Assembly: GCA_963780185.1 (NCBI GenBank)
Contig: CAWABA010000006.1
Coordinates: 224,001 to 288,000 of the forward strand
Reading direction: 5' to 3'
DNA: 64,000 nt
Source of the DNA: Candidatus Bathyarchaeota archaeon
Lineage (GTDB): Archaea; Thermoproteota; Bathyarchaeia; Bathyarchaeales; Bathycorpusculaceae
Shown: piece by piece, positions 50,309-60,458 of the stretch
How positions within the stretch are numbered: position 1 is the first letter of the stretch
Layout: each line of letters opens with the position of its first letter
Notes under the pieces: model-generated
What the model saw: only the letters and a program-made list of their open reading frames with translations
What the model was told of the DNA's origin: nothing
Databases searched by the model: none
Program-made: the position numbers and the translations under genes

Positions 50309-50681
50309 TCTTCAGGTGAATAAATTATATGGTAACCAACCATACAAAGTATTCACCCTTCGCCGTCTGGGTAACTCTGAGCTATCATCTGGTATCTAGC
50401 TAATGCCTTCTCATCATCCGGCAACAACTAATTGGCTTCAACGCAGATAAAAGCATATACATTGCCTGAAGATGGGCTGTAGGGTCAATTTGTTGGTGTT
50501 TTGAATTTCTTGTTGCTTGGCTGATTGTGGTCTCTATGAGCTTTGTGGGCTGTTTGGTTTACAGTATGAAGTATTGCGATGTCCATAATCGATATATGAC
50601 GTCGCATGAAACACGATTTATATGCGTTTTCAGGGTTCTGTTGTTTCACTCAAAGAAAGAACTCACAGGTGAAAAACAAAA

Positions 50682-51059
50682 ATGAAAACAATCAAAAAAG
50701 TCTCATTAATAATTGCCTTAGTAATCTGTTTTGCAGTTGTCTGCTCTACAGTTTATGCAACATTCTACGTAGCAAGTGCTGCTACCTCAGCAGCGACGGT
50801 AACTTATTCAGTTAGCATGACCGAAGTACGAGGGTTCAACCCAACCTTCGCGTTGTCTGCACAAGTTGTTGACTCCAGCTCAGACGGCAGCTCCTGCATA
50901 ACCAACGTTCCAGTAACCTTCCAAGTGAGCGCCAACGGCGGCGCATGGACCACCATAAACACTTCCCACACCAACTCCGCAGGAATCGCAACATCATCAT
51001 ATTCAATACAATCAAACGGCGAAACAGACCAGTTCCAAGCACTAATCGGCATCCCATAA
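50682..51059 (+). CDS. Small secreted Ig-like protein
   Basis: Signal peptide ending VYA; LSAQVVD, NVPVTF, TNSAGIA Big-type pattern. Confidence 0.65.
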   Translation: MKTIKKVSLIIALVICFAVVCSTVYATFYVASAATSAATVTYSVSMTEVRGFNPTFALSAQVVDSSSDGSSCITNVPVTFQVSANGGAWTTINTSHTNSAGIATSSYSIQSNGETDQFQALIGIP

Positions 51060-51172
51060 TCAACAAAACTTCCCTTCATCTCCTTTTTGCTCCAAGCACC
51101 AGAGCCTAAACAAGGAACCCTTTTATTTTCCCCTGCAAAATGAGTTATTAGGAAGCTTGAAAAAATTGGATT

Positions 51173-51739
51173 TTGTCGGAAGCCAAACAGAAAAGAACCT
51201 TCTTAGCTGCGTTTGCAGGCGAATCACAAGCAAGGAACAAATACACGTTCTTCGCCAGCGTAGCGCGCAAAGAAGGGTATGAGCAAATCGGCGCCATCTT
51301 CGAGGAAACGGCAGGCAACGAGAAAGAGCATGCAGAACTATTCTTTAAACATCTCAAGGGCGGGATGGTTGAAATCACAGCGACTTATCCGGGAGGCGTC
51401 ATCGGTTCAACCGCTGATAACCTCAAAGCTGCAGCTGCAGGCGAGAAACTTGAGTGGGGCACACTGTACCCAGGTTTCGCGGCGGTGGCAGTTAAGGAAG
51501 GCTTCAAAGACGTTGCTGTAACCTTCAGCATGATTTCAAAAGTCGAATCTTACCATGAACGAAGATACAACAAGCTGCTTGAAAGCGTCCAACAAGGCAA
51601 AGTCTTCAAAAAAGATGCACCCATCAAATGGAAATGCAGAAACTGCGGCTACGTTTGCGAAACCAATGAAGCGCCAGAAAAATGCCCAGTATGCTTCCAT
51701 CCGAAAGCCTATTTTGAAGTTTGGGTTGAAAACTACTAA
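51173..51739 (+). CDS. rbr: Rubrerythrin
   Basis: AFAGESQARNKY, NEKEHA, E..HE diiron sites; WKCRNCG..CPVC rubredoxin tail. Confidence 0.95.
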   Translation: MSEAKQKRTFLAAFAGESQARNKYTFFASVARKEGYEQIGAIFEETAGNEKEHAELFFKHLKGGMVEITATYPGGVIGSTADNLKAAAAGEKLEWGTLYPGFAAVAVKEGFKDVAVTFSMISKVESYHERRYNKLLESVQQGKVFKKDAPIKWKCRNCGYVCETNEAPEKCPVCFHPKAYFEVWVENY

Positions 51740-51764
51740 CAACCCCTAATTTTTCTGTAATTTG

Positions 51765-52604
51765 TTACTTTAGTTTTTGCTTAGCGCTGTTTCCTATTTT
51801 TTTAGCTACAAAAACAATCGCGAGAATTGCTAAGCCCGTCAGAACGATGGTTCCTCCTGGCGCGGCATCTATGACGACTGACAAGAGTATTCCAATTGTA
51901 ACTGTTACGAGGCCAACTATTGGTGCTAAAATGACGGTTTGTTTGAAGGATTGTGTGACTTGGGTGCTTATCAATGCGGGTAGAACAAGAAGTGACGAAA
52001 TTAGTAGAACGCCTACTATGGGTATGGCTACAATTACGACTACACCTGCAAGAATGCTTAGCAGGTAATCGAACACCCATGTTTTGATTCCTGACGCACG
52101 GGCTTGGGTTTCGTCAAAAGTTATGTAAGTAAACTCTTTGAAGAACAGAAAAACTATGCTTAGAGTGATTGCTGCAATAACTGCTGCAGTTATGATTTGT
52201 TCCATATTTACTATGAGAATGCTGCCGAAAAGGAGGCTCTCAAGGTTTACTCCAAAACCTCTGAAAACACTCAACAATGTTATTCCTCCCGCAAGACCCA
52301 GCTGCAGGAAAACAGCAACGGCGGCGTCACCTGAAATTTTGGTCGAACGTAGTGCCTTGTTGATTCCGATGGACCCTAACACTACAGTGATTCCTGCAAT
52401 CCACAATGGCAAGAAGCCGACGGTGTAGCCAAGCGCCAGCCCTCCAAAAGCCGTGTGCGATAGCCCGTCTCCTATGAGCGAAATTTTCTTTAGAACGATG
52501 AAAACGCTTAGGATAGAGCTAAGAATTGCAATGATGATGGCTATTACAAAGGCGCGCTGAATGAAAGGCGCTCCAAGTAGAGACAAGATGTCAAGGATGA
52601 CCAT
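51765..52604 (-). CDS. znuB: Zn/Mn-type metal ABC transporter permease
   Basis: GDGLSHTAFGG, LLFGSI, VGVLLISSLLVLP. Confidence 0.9.
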   Translation of the reverse strand: MVILDILSLLGAPFIQRAFVIAIIIAILSSILSVFIVLKKISLIGDGLSHTAFGGLALGYTVGFLPLWIAGITVVLGSIGINKALRSTKISGDAAVAVFLQLGLAGGITLLSVFRGFGVNLESLLFGSILIVNMEQIITAAVIAAITLSIVFLFFKEFTYITFDETQARASGIKTWVFDYLLSILAGVVVIVAIPIVGVLLISSLLVLPALISTQVTQSFKQTVILAPIVGLVTVTIGILLSVVIDAAPGGTIVLTGLAILAIVFVAKKIGNSAKQKLK

Positions 52605-53352
52605 GATGATCTATAATCTCCACTGGATGATCATACAGTTTGTGAAGTTCAGAATCTGCGTCAAAGGTTTCGTTTTCTCCGCAATAGAATTGTGATTTAT
52701 TTATGCAAAGTACTCTATTGGCTATCTTTGTTATTACGCTTATGTCATGAGAGGACAAAACTACAGTTACTCCATGCTCCTTGTTTAACAGTTCAAGTAT
52801 GTTATAGAACTCCTTTTTGGAAGCGGCATCGACTCCGCTTGTCGGCTCATCAAGCAAGAGTAATTTCGGTTCAGCAACCATGGCTTTAGCCAAAAAAACA
52901 CGTTGAGATTGCCCGCCGGAGAGTTGACCTATTTTTCTATCTTTCAATTCGTATATTCCGAACATTTTTAGAGTTTCATTTACTCTGTCCCTGTCTGCTG
53001 AATGCATGCCATGCAGTAATCCTGCAACTGGAGTTCTTCCAAGCAGAACTGTCTCATAGACGCTAAAAGGCAGGTTGGGGTCTCGGGCTTGTGCAGTTTG
53101 TGGGACATAGCCTACGTATTTGAGGTTTTTACCTAAGTCTTGGCTGCCAAAGAGCTTTACTGTACCGCTTGTTGGTTTTATTAGCCCGAGAATAACTTTT
53201 AGCAGTGTGGATTTTCCAGCCCCGTTTGGTCCAATGAGCGCTATGAGGTCATTTTTATCTATAGTGATGTCTATGTGGTCAAGAGCAAATACGCCGTTTG
53301 GGTATTTGACGCTGACATCTTGTATTTCAACGATCGATTTAGCTTCCAACAT
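52591..53352 (-). CDS. znuC: Zn/Mn-type metal ABC transporter ATPase
   Basis: GPNGAGKST, GYVPQ, LSGGQ, LLDEP, His-rich tail. Confidence 0.9.
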   Translation of the reverse strand: MLEAKSIVEIQDVSVKYPNGVFALDHIDITIDKNDLIALIGPNGAGKSTLLKVILGLIKPTSGTVKLFGSQDLGKNLKYVGYVPQTAQARDPNLPFSVYETVLLGRTPVAGLLHGMHSADRDRVNETLKMFGIYELKDRKIGQLSGGQSQRVFLAKAMVAEPKLLLLDEPTSGVDAASKKEFYNILELLNKEHGVTVVLSSHDISVITKIANRVLCINKSQFYCGENETFDADSELHKLYDHPVEIIDHHGHP

Positions 53353-54277
53353 TGGTCAAAGCCAAATGAATATTTGTTATGTCCTGCTTCATTAAGCTAA
53401 TGTAGTTGTCGCCTGCACCTTTTTGAGCAGTTGTCAAGCCTTCTATGGGGTTCATGTTTATCAGAGTGGCGTTTGTTTGACTGCCGATTGACTGGGATAT
53501 TGCCGGATTTTCAAGCGACTCATAGCCCACGTATTTGAGGTGGTTTTGGTTGACTGCGGTGATTACGTTTTGGATATCGCTTGGTGTGGGTTCTTCTTCA
53601 AATGGTCCAGAGATTGCGAGTTGAGTAACGTTGTATTGGTTAGCAAAATATGCAAAGGCTTCATGGAACGTAACAAAAACTTTAGTCGCTGTATCCGTAG
53701 TGGCGTTAATTGCTAAAGAATTCAAATTATCAAGTTGAGCCTCGTAAGAGTTTGCGTTTTGCGTGAAATACTGAGTGTCGGCGGGATCGGCCTTAATTAA
53801 ACCCTGCAGAATATTGTTCACTTCTTGTTTTGCATCCAGCGGGTCAAGCCAGACATGGGGGTCAACTGTTTGGTTGCCTTTTTGGAATGCGGCTGGAACT
53901 GGAAGGAGTTGAATTCCTTGGCTGGAATCGACTTGGATCAGTTTTGAGTTGTCTGCTGCACTAACCACATTTCCGATCCACGGCTCTAGACCTGCCCCAT
54001 TGTAAATAAGCACATTTGCGGTAGCTACTGATTCTATTGACGATGGTGTGGGTTCGAATTCGTGTACGTCTACGGTTTCTGGCACAAGCAGCGAGACATT
54101 AACTTTGTCGCCGCCGACATTTTGGGCGAAATCGTAAAGTGGATAAAACGTTGCAAGAACTTTTAATGTTGAACTTGAACTTGTTTTTGTGTTGTTGTTA
54201 ATGTACAAACCTGTTATTGTTGCCGCAATTATGACTGCGACCAAAACTCCGGCTGCTAAATAGATTATTTTTCGCGT
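53339..54277 (-). CDS. znuA: Cluster A-I metal-binding protein (ZnuA/TroA-like)
   Basis: DVHEFEP, NGAGLE, DPHVWLDP, HEAFAYF; N-terminus appears to extend to ACG 54277. Confidence 0.88.
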   Translation of the reverse strand, partial: TRKIIYLAAGVLVAVIIAATITGLYINNNTKTSSSSTLKVLATFYPLYDFAQNVGGDKVNVSLLVPETVDVHEFEPTPSSIESVATANVLIYNGAGLEPWIGNVVSAADNSKLIQVDSSQGIQLLPVPAAFQKGNQTVDPHVWLDPLDAKQEVNNILQGLIKADPADTQYFTQNANSYEAQLDNLNSLAINATTDTATKVFVTFHEAFAYFANQYNVTQLAISGPFEEEPTPSDIQNVITAVNQNHLKYVGYESLENPAISQSIGSQTNATLINMNPIEGLTTAQKGAGDNYISLMKQDITNIHLALTNVGS

Positions 54278-54319
54278 ATGGATCTCCTCTTATTAAATTA
54301 GCTTCACTGTTTATTAAAT

Positions 54320-54349
54320 GTTATTAAATTTAGCTCTTTTTTTAATAAC
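54320..54349. promoter_or_regulatory. Putative NikR operator
   Basis: GTTATTAAA-N12-TTTAATAAC, equivalent to TTATTA-N16-TAATAA, over the transporter promoter. Confidence 0.65.
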
Positions 54350-54499
54350 TCGCTGACCCTCCCTGCCTACTTTCCAACCGCTTGCAAAAAGCAGTAGAGC
54401 GCCGCAGCAAAGAAACTCCTGATTTTCGGGTGCAATGAAGACAATATTTAAGTCAAGCAAACTCAATAGAAAGAAGGAATTAGGCTTAGGGTGAATTAA

Positions 54500-54907
54500 A
54501 TGAGCATTATCAGTCTTTCGTTACCAAACGAGCTGCTTGAAGAGTTAGATACCATCCTTGGGGAAGATCGAAGCGCAAATCGTTCCGAAGTAGTCCGCCA
54601 AGCAGTCCGCATGTACCTTACACAGTACAATGAACTGGAAAAAATCCAGGGAAACGTCATCGCAACCATAACCGTTCTCTACGACAAAGCCGAACAAAAC
54701 AAAGAGCTCTTCAAGCTGCAACACGAGTTTGACGACATGATAACCGCGTACCTGCATGCACACCTATCCGAGACCAGCTGCCTAGAAGTCATGGTTGTCA
54801 AAGGCGCCTCGGAGCGGCTTAGAAGCTTAATCGATGGGTTGAGAGCCAACAAGCCTGTGAAGCAGATAAAATTCTCAATCATGGCAATCAACGAAAAAGA
54901 AACCTGA
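54500..54907 (+). CDS. nikR: NikR family regulator (RHH plus metal-binding ACT domain)
   Basis: ISLSLP..NRSEVVRQAV RHH; QH..HAH.....CLE ligand set. Confidence 0.85.
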   Translation: MSIISLSLPNELLEELDTILGEDRSANRSEVVRQAVRMYLTQYNELEKIQGNVIATITVLYDKAEQNKELFKLQHEFDDMITAYLHAHLSETSCLEVMVVKGASERLRSLIDGLRANKPVKQIKFSIMAINEKET

Positions 54908-54944
54908 GCGGCTTTGCGGAAGGTCGAAAAGGCCCGCTGCCCGT

Positions 54945-55451
54945 TTAGACGATGTATTTGCTTGTTTTCTCGAAGTCTTTGACGATTTGCATAACCCTTT
55001 TTTGCCCGGTATGTGGTCCAAGCGAGATGTCTTTAAGAAGCACCCATGGGCTTTTGCGCGCGACAACCGAAGCGATGTGGTCCGCGCCGAAGCATTTCTC
55101 TGCAACCTGCACAACCCCTCGTCTAACCCCAGTTTCCGAGTAATCGCCTAACGCATGAAGGTACTCGTGCAGCAGAAGGTTGTAAACCAACGCGTTAACC
55201 GTGGGCTTAGAGCTTACAGATGCCTCCACAATTTCAACCAAAGACCGGTTCAAAACGATGTTGTTGGTTCCCACTGGGTAATACGCTCCCAACTGCAGGG
55301 GCAAATCATCTAAAAACAGCATCATGCTATCTCTTCTTGTGCCCAAAGCGCACTGCACAGTCTCCTTAACAATCTGCCAGACCTCACCGTAATTCTTAGC
55401 CGCATCTAAACTGTTGGCGAACCGCCCTGCTTCCGTAGACTCGTTACCCAA
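54945..55451 (-). CDS. Zincin-like HExxH protein
   Basis: LLHEYLHALG; probable TTG start at 55451. Confidence 0.7.
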   Translation of the reverse strand: MGNESTEAGRFANSLDAAKNYGEVWQIVKETVQCALGTRRDSMMLFLDDLPLQLGAYYPVGTNNIVLNRSLVEIVEASVSSKPTVNALVYNLLLHEYLHALGDYSETGVRRGVVQVAEKCFGADHIASVVARKSPWVLLKDISLGPHTGQKRVMQIVKDFEKTSKYIV

Positions 55452-55653
55452 AACAAGCTGCCTTCTAACAAGACTTGAGGGCAAAGTATTGCTTTTAAGC
55501 GTTACAGTTGAAACGTGAAAAACGCGGTTGCTCAAAAAGCTGCAGCCAACTGGCCAACTTGGATGATTACGTTGGAAAATCGTGGAAAACGTGTCACGAA
55601 CGGTTTATATGAAACGTGCCTAAAAATAATATTGTTAAAAGGAGTCAAAACGA

Positions 55654-55980
55654 ATGTCTACTGAACCTATTCATGTTACAGACGCAAATTTTGATGAAAC
55701 AATAAAGAACAACAAGGTTGCCTTGATTGATTTCTGGGCAAATTGGTGTGGACCATGCCGAGCCTTAGCTCCGACAATTGTGGAGTTGGCGAAGGAATAC
55801 AGCGGCAAAGTTCTAATTGGGAAACTTGACGTTGACGAAAACCCGGCGACTGCTGAACGCTTCCAAGTTTTCAGCATTCCAACCATGATACTTTTCAAAG
55901 ATGGAAAGGAAGCGGAACGGCTCGTCGGCTTGTGCCCCAAAAACAGGATAACCGAAACGTTGCTGAAACATGCAGTTTAG
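55654..55980 (+). CDS. trxA: Thioredoxin
   Basis: WCGPC, SIPT. Confidence 0.96.
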   Translation: MSTEPIHVTDANFDETIKNNKVALIDFWANWCGPCRALAPTIVELAKEYSGKVLIGKLDVDENPATAERFQVFSIPTMILFKDGKEAERLVGLCPKNRITETLLKHAV

Positions 55981-56219
55981 CCTTCCAGCACCGCTTCCGC
56001 CGCCACTAGCCATTTGAAATGGCGGTTCTTTAGGAAAGAATTTTTTCCCCAAGTTATTAAGGAACACTTTAGTGTTGGGCAGCCGATGGTAGTGGTAAAT
56101 GTTGATTGTTGCCGTCAATGCGGTTTTTCAAGCAATTTTCGTGGTCTGGTAATGGGTGTTGTACACGCAGGATTGAATTTAACGTTACCATCAAATGTTA
56201 AATACTACGTTAACTAAAT

Positions 56220-59200
56220 GTGCAACCGTTAAGTAAAGCAACATGGGAGAGAGCGGTTACTTTGAATGTTAATAAAAAATTATTTGTATTTTCCTTAATT
56301 TTTATGCTGATGTCAGTAAGCGTTGTAACTCTAATTAAGCCTGCCCAAGCAGATACATTGATACCAATCCAATTACCCTTTCACATCACCTCAAGCGGAC
56401 ACTACGTTATTACTTCTTCTTGGTACGGAGGCGGCACCCCAGTAATAGGATACAATGACGCACACGTAGGACTCTACATTGACACCACCAGCAACGTCAT
56501 AGTTGATGGACAAAACTTCACAATCGCACCCTCAGGGACAGAAGACGCAATCCAGATGCTTTGGAGCAGCAACGTCCTGTTAGAAAACATCAATGAAACA
56601 GGCGCGAACCATGGCTTATTTGAACAAGGATCAAGCAGCTTCACAATACAAAACTGCAACCTAACCAACAACGGCGAAGGGGGCATTTACCTAAGTTCTT
56701 CCTACAGTGGCGCCGCCAACAACTTCACCATACAAAACTGCAACATAAACGGAAACAACGAAGGCATAATTGCTCAATACTCCACAAACTTTGCCCTTCT
56801 AAACTCTCACATAGACGGCAACGGCGTAGGCTTAGACACCTACTACGCGAACAATTTTGGCATACAGAACTGCAGCTTCAACGACACTACCTCTACTGAC
56901 GGAGTAAGCGCGGCTAACACAATGAATTTTTTCATCAAAGACTCTAACCTAACGTTCTGCAGCGACTCCGGCTTAGGCGCATACAACTGCCAAAACTTCA
57001 CTATTCAAAACTGCAATCTTAATAGCAATAACGGCGATGGAATTTACACCAACGGTTTTACCGCTTCTTTAGTCACCATCAAAAACTCCACTTTCAACAA
57101 CAATTTCAACGAGGGCATAGGGGCTCCCAACGCAGTTAATTGGACGGTTCAAGGCTCCAACTTTTACAACAATGGCAACGTTGGGATGGACGTTGAAGCC
57201 GCATCTAACATAACGGTTTCCGGCTCAATCTTCAACGCTAACTTCAACGACGGCTTGTACATCGAAGATACGGACAATGTGGTAGTAAACGGTAACAGTT
57301 TTACCAGCAGCTACGTGGCTCCTACAATTGAACCTTCGATCGGTACCAATGCAGCAGGTTTAGATGCTGTCAACAGCAATTGCACGGTGATAAACAATGT
57401 TTTCTCTAACAATCCTTTCGCGGTAGCTTGGAGACTTAGAGCTGACTCCGCCTACAACAGCGAAGTTTACGCCAACAACATTTTCGTGAATAACTACTAT
57501 ACCATAAACCTGCAGAGTGACTCAAGCCCCAGCATCACCAATCAACAAATCTCTTTCTACAACAACCTCGTAAACGACACACAATACATAAAGCACACGG
57601 GTTCCGACGCGGCCGCTTCAATTATAAGCTTGAACACAAACCTGCAGCTTGGACAAAGAATTTACAGTCTTGGAAGCAGAATAGGCGGCAACTTCTGGGC
57701 GCGTCCAAATGGATCAGGCTTCAGCCAAACAGGAACTGATGCAAACCACGACGGCTTCATTGACACCCCATTCGACCTCTTCGGCGACGGAATCTGCCTG
57801 GATAACTACCCCTACAGTACAGGCGACGCTTTCGCATATAGCTTCACATCGGGTACAGGTCAATCCTTGATAGCGGGTCAAATTTCATCCGCAACTACTG
57901 TTCAACTGCATGACTCTTTTGGTGGAATAACCTGTGGGTTTTATGCGTTATTGAATTCAACTTCAAGTAGCGGCAAATTCTACAGCGATTCAGCAGGCAC
58001 ATATGAGATGTCGATTCTGCCTTTTCTTGCGGGTTCAAGCACGGCGAGTTTCTACTACGTTGACACGAAGGCGGGCGCTCCAACCTTGAGAGTGTATTTG
58101 TCAACAAGCCTCGCCGTCCAAACTCAATTTATCATTTCCCATGGCTCACCGGCAACTGTCGTCGTCACTCCAGCTGGCACATCTGTCACTGCTGGTACCC
58201 CTCAAACCTTTTCAGCTACAGCTTCGGACGCGTATGGCAACACTTGGGACGCAACTTCCGCCACAACTTGGAGCATAAGCTCAGGCGCAGGCGGTTCATG
58301 GAGCAGCAACACGTACACGTCGGCGACGGCGGGAACATGGACGGTTACTGGCATCTATGCATCCTCGCCTTACACTACAAGTTTGATTGTGAACCCGGGT
58401 GCCCTCGACCACTTTTTGCTTGTTCCATCAGGAACCGTTACAGCTGGAACAGCTTTCACCCTCACCATCACAGCGCAAGACGCATTTGGAAACACAGTTA
58501 CAAGCTACACAGGAACAAACTCACTTACAGTTTCAACTGGAACAATAACTCCTTCAACGACACCCGCCTTCACCCTCGGCGTATGGTCAGGCTCCGTAAC
58601 CATTTCGGCGGCGGGTTCAGGCGTAACCGTCGGGACCTCTGGCGGCGGCAAGAGCGGAACAAGTAGCGGCTTCACGGTAACCCCACCCATAACCACGACT
58701 GCTAGTCCATCTCCAAGTCCCACCCCAACTCCGACGCCAACACCAGTTGTGACTTCAGCGCCGACGGCAAAACCAACTCCTACACCGAAGCCGAGCATAA
58801 GCTGGATAAACGCAACTGTCGAGACTGGTGGAGTCGTTGAGATTCCCATCACTGGAAACATTACAAGCGTTCAATACGAAAATGCAACCATCGCTGCAAC
58901 CGCGTCAGGCTCAACCCTAACGCTGTCATTCAACGTGACTGGAACTGCTGGAACCGTCGGCTTCGGGAACATGACAATTTCAAAGAGCACCGTGCCCGCG
59001 GGCGCCTTGCCCGTGGTCTACATTGATGGGCAGAGAGCTCAAAACCAAGGCTACACTCAGGACAGCCAAAACTTCTACGTCTGGTACTACACGCACTTTA
59101 GCACGCACCAAGTCAAAGTAGAATTCACTGGCAGCGTCCAACCCACTGCGACTCCAGCACCTACCGCAACCACCATAGAAATAGTTCTGATAGTAGTGGT

Positions 59201-59285
59201 TGCCGTGGTTGCCGTCTTAGCGGTAGTGGCTCTAACCATTAGTCGTCGCGGCAAAAGCAAACCAAAAGAAGATTCGCCTAAGTAG
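56220..59285 (+). CDS. Large right-handed beta-helix surface protein with Ig-like domains and TM anchor
   Basis: FTIQNCN repeats, GGNFW..GFSQTG.D, DAYGN/DAFGN Ig repeats, Pro/Thr linker, HFSTH, TM. Confidence 0.85.
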   Translation: MQPLSKATWERAVTLNVNKKLFVFSLIFMLMSVSVVTLIKPAQADTLIPIQLPFHITSSGHYVITSSWYGGGTPVIGYNDAHVGLYIDTTSNVIVDGQNFTIAPSGTEDAIQMLWSSNVLLENINETGANHGLFEQGSSSFTIQNCNLTNNGEGGIYLSSSYSGAANNFTIQNCNINGNNEGIIAQYSTNFALLNSHIDGNGVGLDTYYANNFGIQNCSFNDTTSTDGVSAANTMNFFIKDSNLTFCSDSGLGAYNCQNFTIQNCNLNSNNGDGIYTNGFTASLVTIKNSTFNNNFNEGIGAPNAVNWTVQGSNFYNNGNVGMDVEAASNITVSGSIFNANFNDGLYIEDTDNVVVNGNSFTSSYVAPTIEPSIGTNAAGLDAVNSNCTVINNVFSNNPFAVAWRLRADSAYNSEVYANNIFVNNYYTINLQSDSSPSITNQQISFYNNLVNDTQYIKHTGSDAAASIISLNTNLQLGQRIYSLGSRIGGNFWARPNGSGFSQTGTDANHDGFIDTPFDLFGDGICLDNYPYSTGDAFAYSFTSGTGQSLIAGQISSATTVQLHDSFGGITCGFYALLNSTSSSGKFYSDSAGTYEMSILPFLAGSSTASFYYVDTKAGAPTLRVYLSTSLAVQTQFIISHGSPATVVVTPAGTSVTAGTPQTFSATASDAYGNTWDATSATTWSISSGAGGSWSSNTYTSATAGTWTVTGIYASSPYTTSLIVNPGALDHFLLVPSGTVTAGTAFTLTITAQDAFGNTVTSYTGTNSLTVSTGTITPSTTPAFTLGVWSGSVTISAAGSGVTVGTSGGGKSGTSSGFTVTPPITTTASPSPSPTPTPTPTPVVTSAPTAKPTPTPKPSISWINATVETGGVVEIPITGNITSVQYENATIAATASGSTLTLSFNVTGTAGTVGFGNMTISKSTVPAGALPVVYIDGQRAQNQGYTQDSQNFYVWYYTHFSTHQVKVEFTGSVQPTATPAPTATTIEIVLIVVVAVVAVLAVVALTISRRGKSKPKEDSPK

Positions 59286-59337
59286 AATTGCCGTAGCATC
59301 GACGGTAAGAAGCCGAAAAAGTTGAAACCCAAGTTTC

Positions 59338-60015
59338 TTAGACTTGGGAACTCTTCATTTTTTCATACATTTTCTCAAAAGTCCAGCGGATACTCGACTT
59401 AAGCTCCTTGAGCCGTTCCTCGTCAACGTTGCGAATAATTATCTCCCGAATCAAATCGCCCTCACGCACCACATTGAAAGAAAACGCCTTATCCGACGTC
59501 AACTGCTTCGTTTTAACAAGCTCGGCGTCTTTTTCCTGCATTTTGGTAAACACTTTTTCAACCAGAAAATTGTTGAAAGGCGGCGTGCTAATGCTAAAGT
59601 TTTTGCTCTCGTCAGGCAACACATGCATCCCAACCTTGTCGAAGATTATCAGCGCCAAAGGTTCCTCGGCCATGGTTTTAAGTGGTATTACGGTTTCTCG
59701 TTCTGAGGGCTGTTGTGGAGCGGTGGTTTTCGGCGGCTCGTTTCCACGTTGAATGATGACTTTGGGTGCTTCAGGTTCGGCTTTGGGCAAAACAACTTCT
59801 TTAGGAATAGGTGGGGCTGTGGGGGTTTCAGATACTTCTTTTAGGTCTCCGCGTTTGAAGCCTTTTTGAAGTAAAATTTCGTTAACTGTGTCTAAAGATG
59901 CCTGAATTTCTTTGGATTCAGCGGTTAATTTTTCAAGTTGATCTTCAAGCCGCTTCTTGAAAGCGATAAGTGACCGTACTTTTTCTGACTCTTGCGCCAA
60001 GCTGGTACCACGCAC
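59338..60015 (-). CDS. Hypothetical protein (N-terminal coiled coil, Pro-rich linker, globular C-terminus)
   Basis: 225 aa ORF with heptad pattern. Confidence 0.7.
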   Translation of the reverse strand: MRGTSLAQESEKVRSLIAFKKRLEDQLEKLTAESKEIQASLDTVNEILLQKGFKRGDLKEVSETPTAPPIPKEVVLPKAEPEAPKVIIQRGNEPPKTTAPQQPSERETVIPLKTMAEEPLALIIFDKVGMHVLPDESKNFSISTPPFNNFLVEKVFTKMQEKDAELVKTKQLTSDKAFSFNVVREGDLIREIIIRNVDEERLKELKSSIRWTFEKMYEKMKSSQV

Positions 60016-60224
60016 GCCCCTTATTTTAGCGCTTGATGCTTATCAGTCTTAGCCTTCCAAGCATAGAATTAATTTCTTTGATAGCCTTGGGCAATGTGGT
60101 CTTTAGATTACCAAAACGACTAAGAAAAACTCAAAATCCTATGATCCAATATTGCTCTCTTCTTTCTGTTCAACAAAAGCGTTAATATCATTGCCCGCTC
60201 AAGTTGCATTAGGGCGAGAAGGAC

Positions 60225-60458
60225 ATGCAGAACGATTGGCACGAAAGAATTGTTGTTGACCCAAAAATTTTGGTTGGAAAACCAGTAATTAGGGGTACGC
60301 GGCTTTCAGTTGAGTTTATTCTGGATCTTCTTGCTGAGGGTTGGAGTGTTGAGGGAATTTTGGATGATTATCCTCAGTTAAAACGTGAAGACATAATGGC
60401 GGTCTTAAGGTATGCTGCCGAGATGGTCAAGGAAGAGAAGGTATATCCATTACCGTAA
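60225..60458 (+). CDS. DUF433 antitoxin
   Basis: RIVVDPKILVGKPVIRGTRL..YPQL..EDI. Confidence 0.92.
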   Translation: MQNDWHERIVVDPKILVGKPVIRGTRLSVEFILDLLAEGWSVEGILDDYPQLKREDIMAVLRYAAEMVKEEKVYPLP

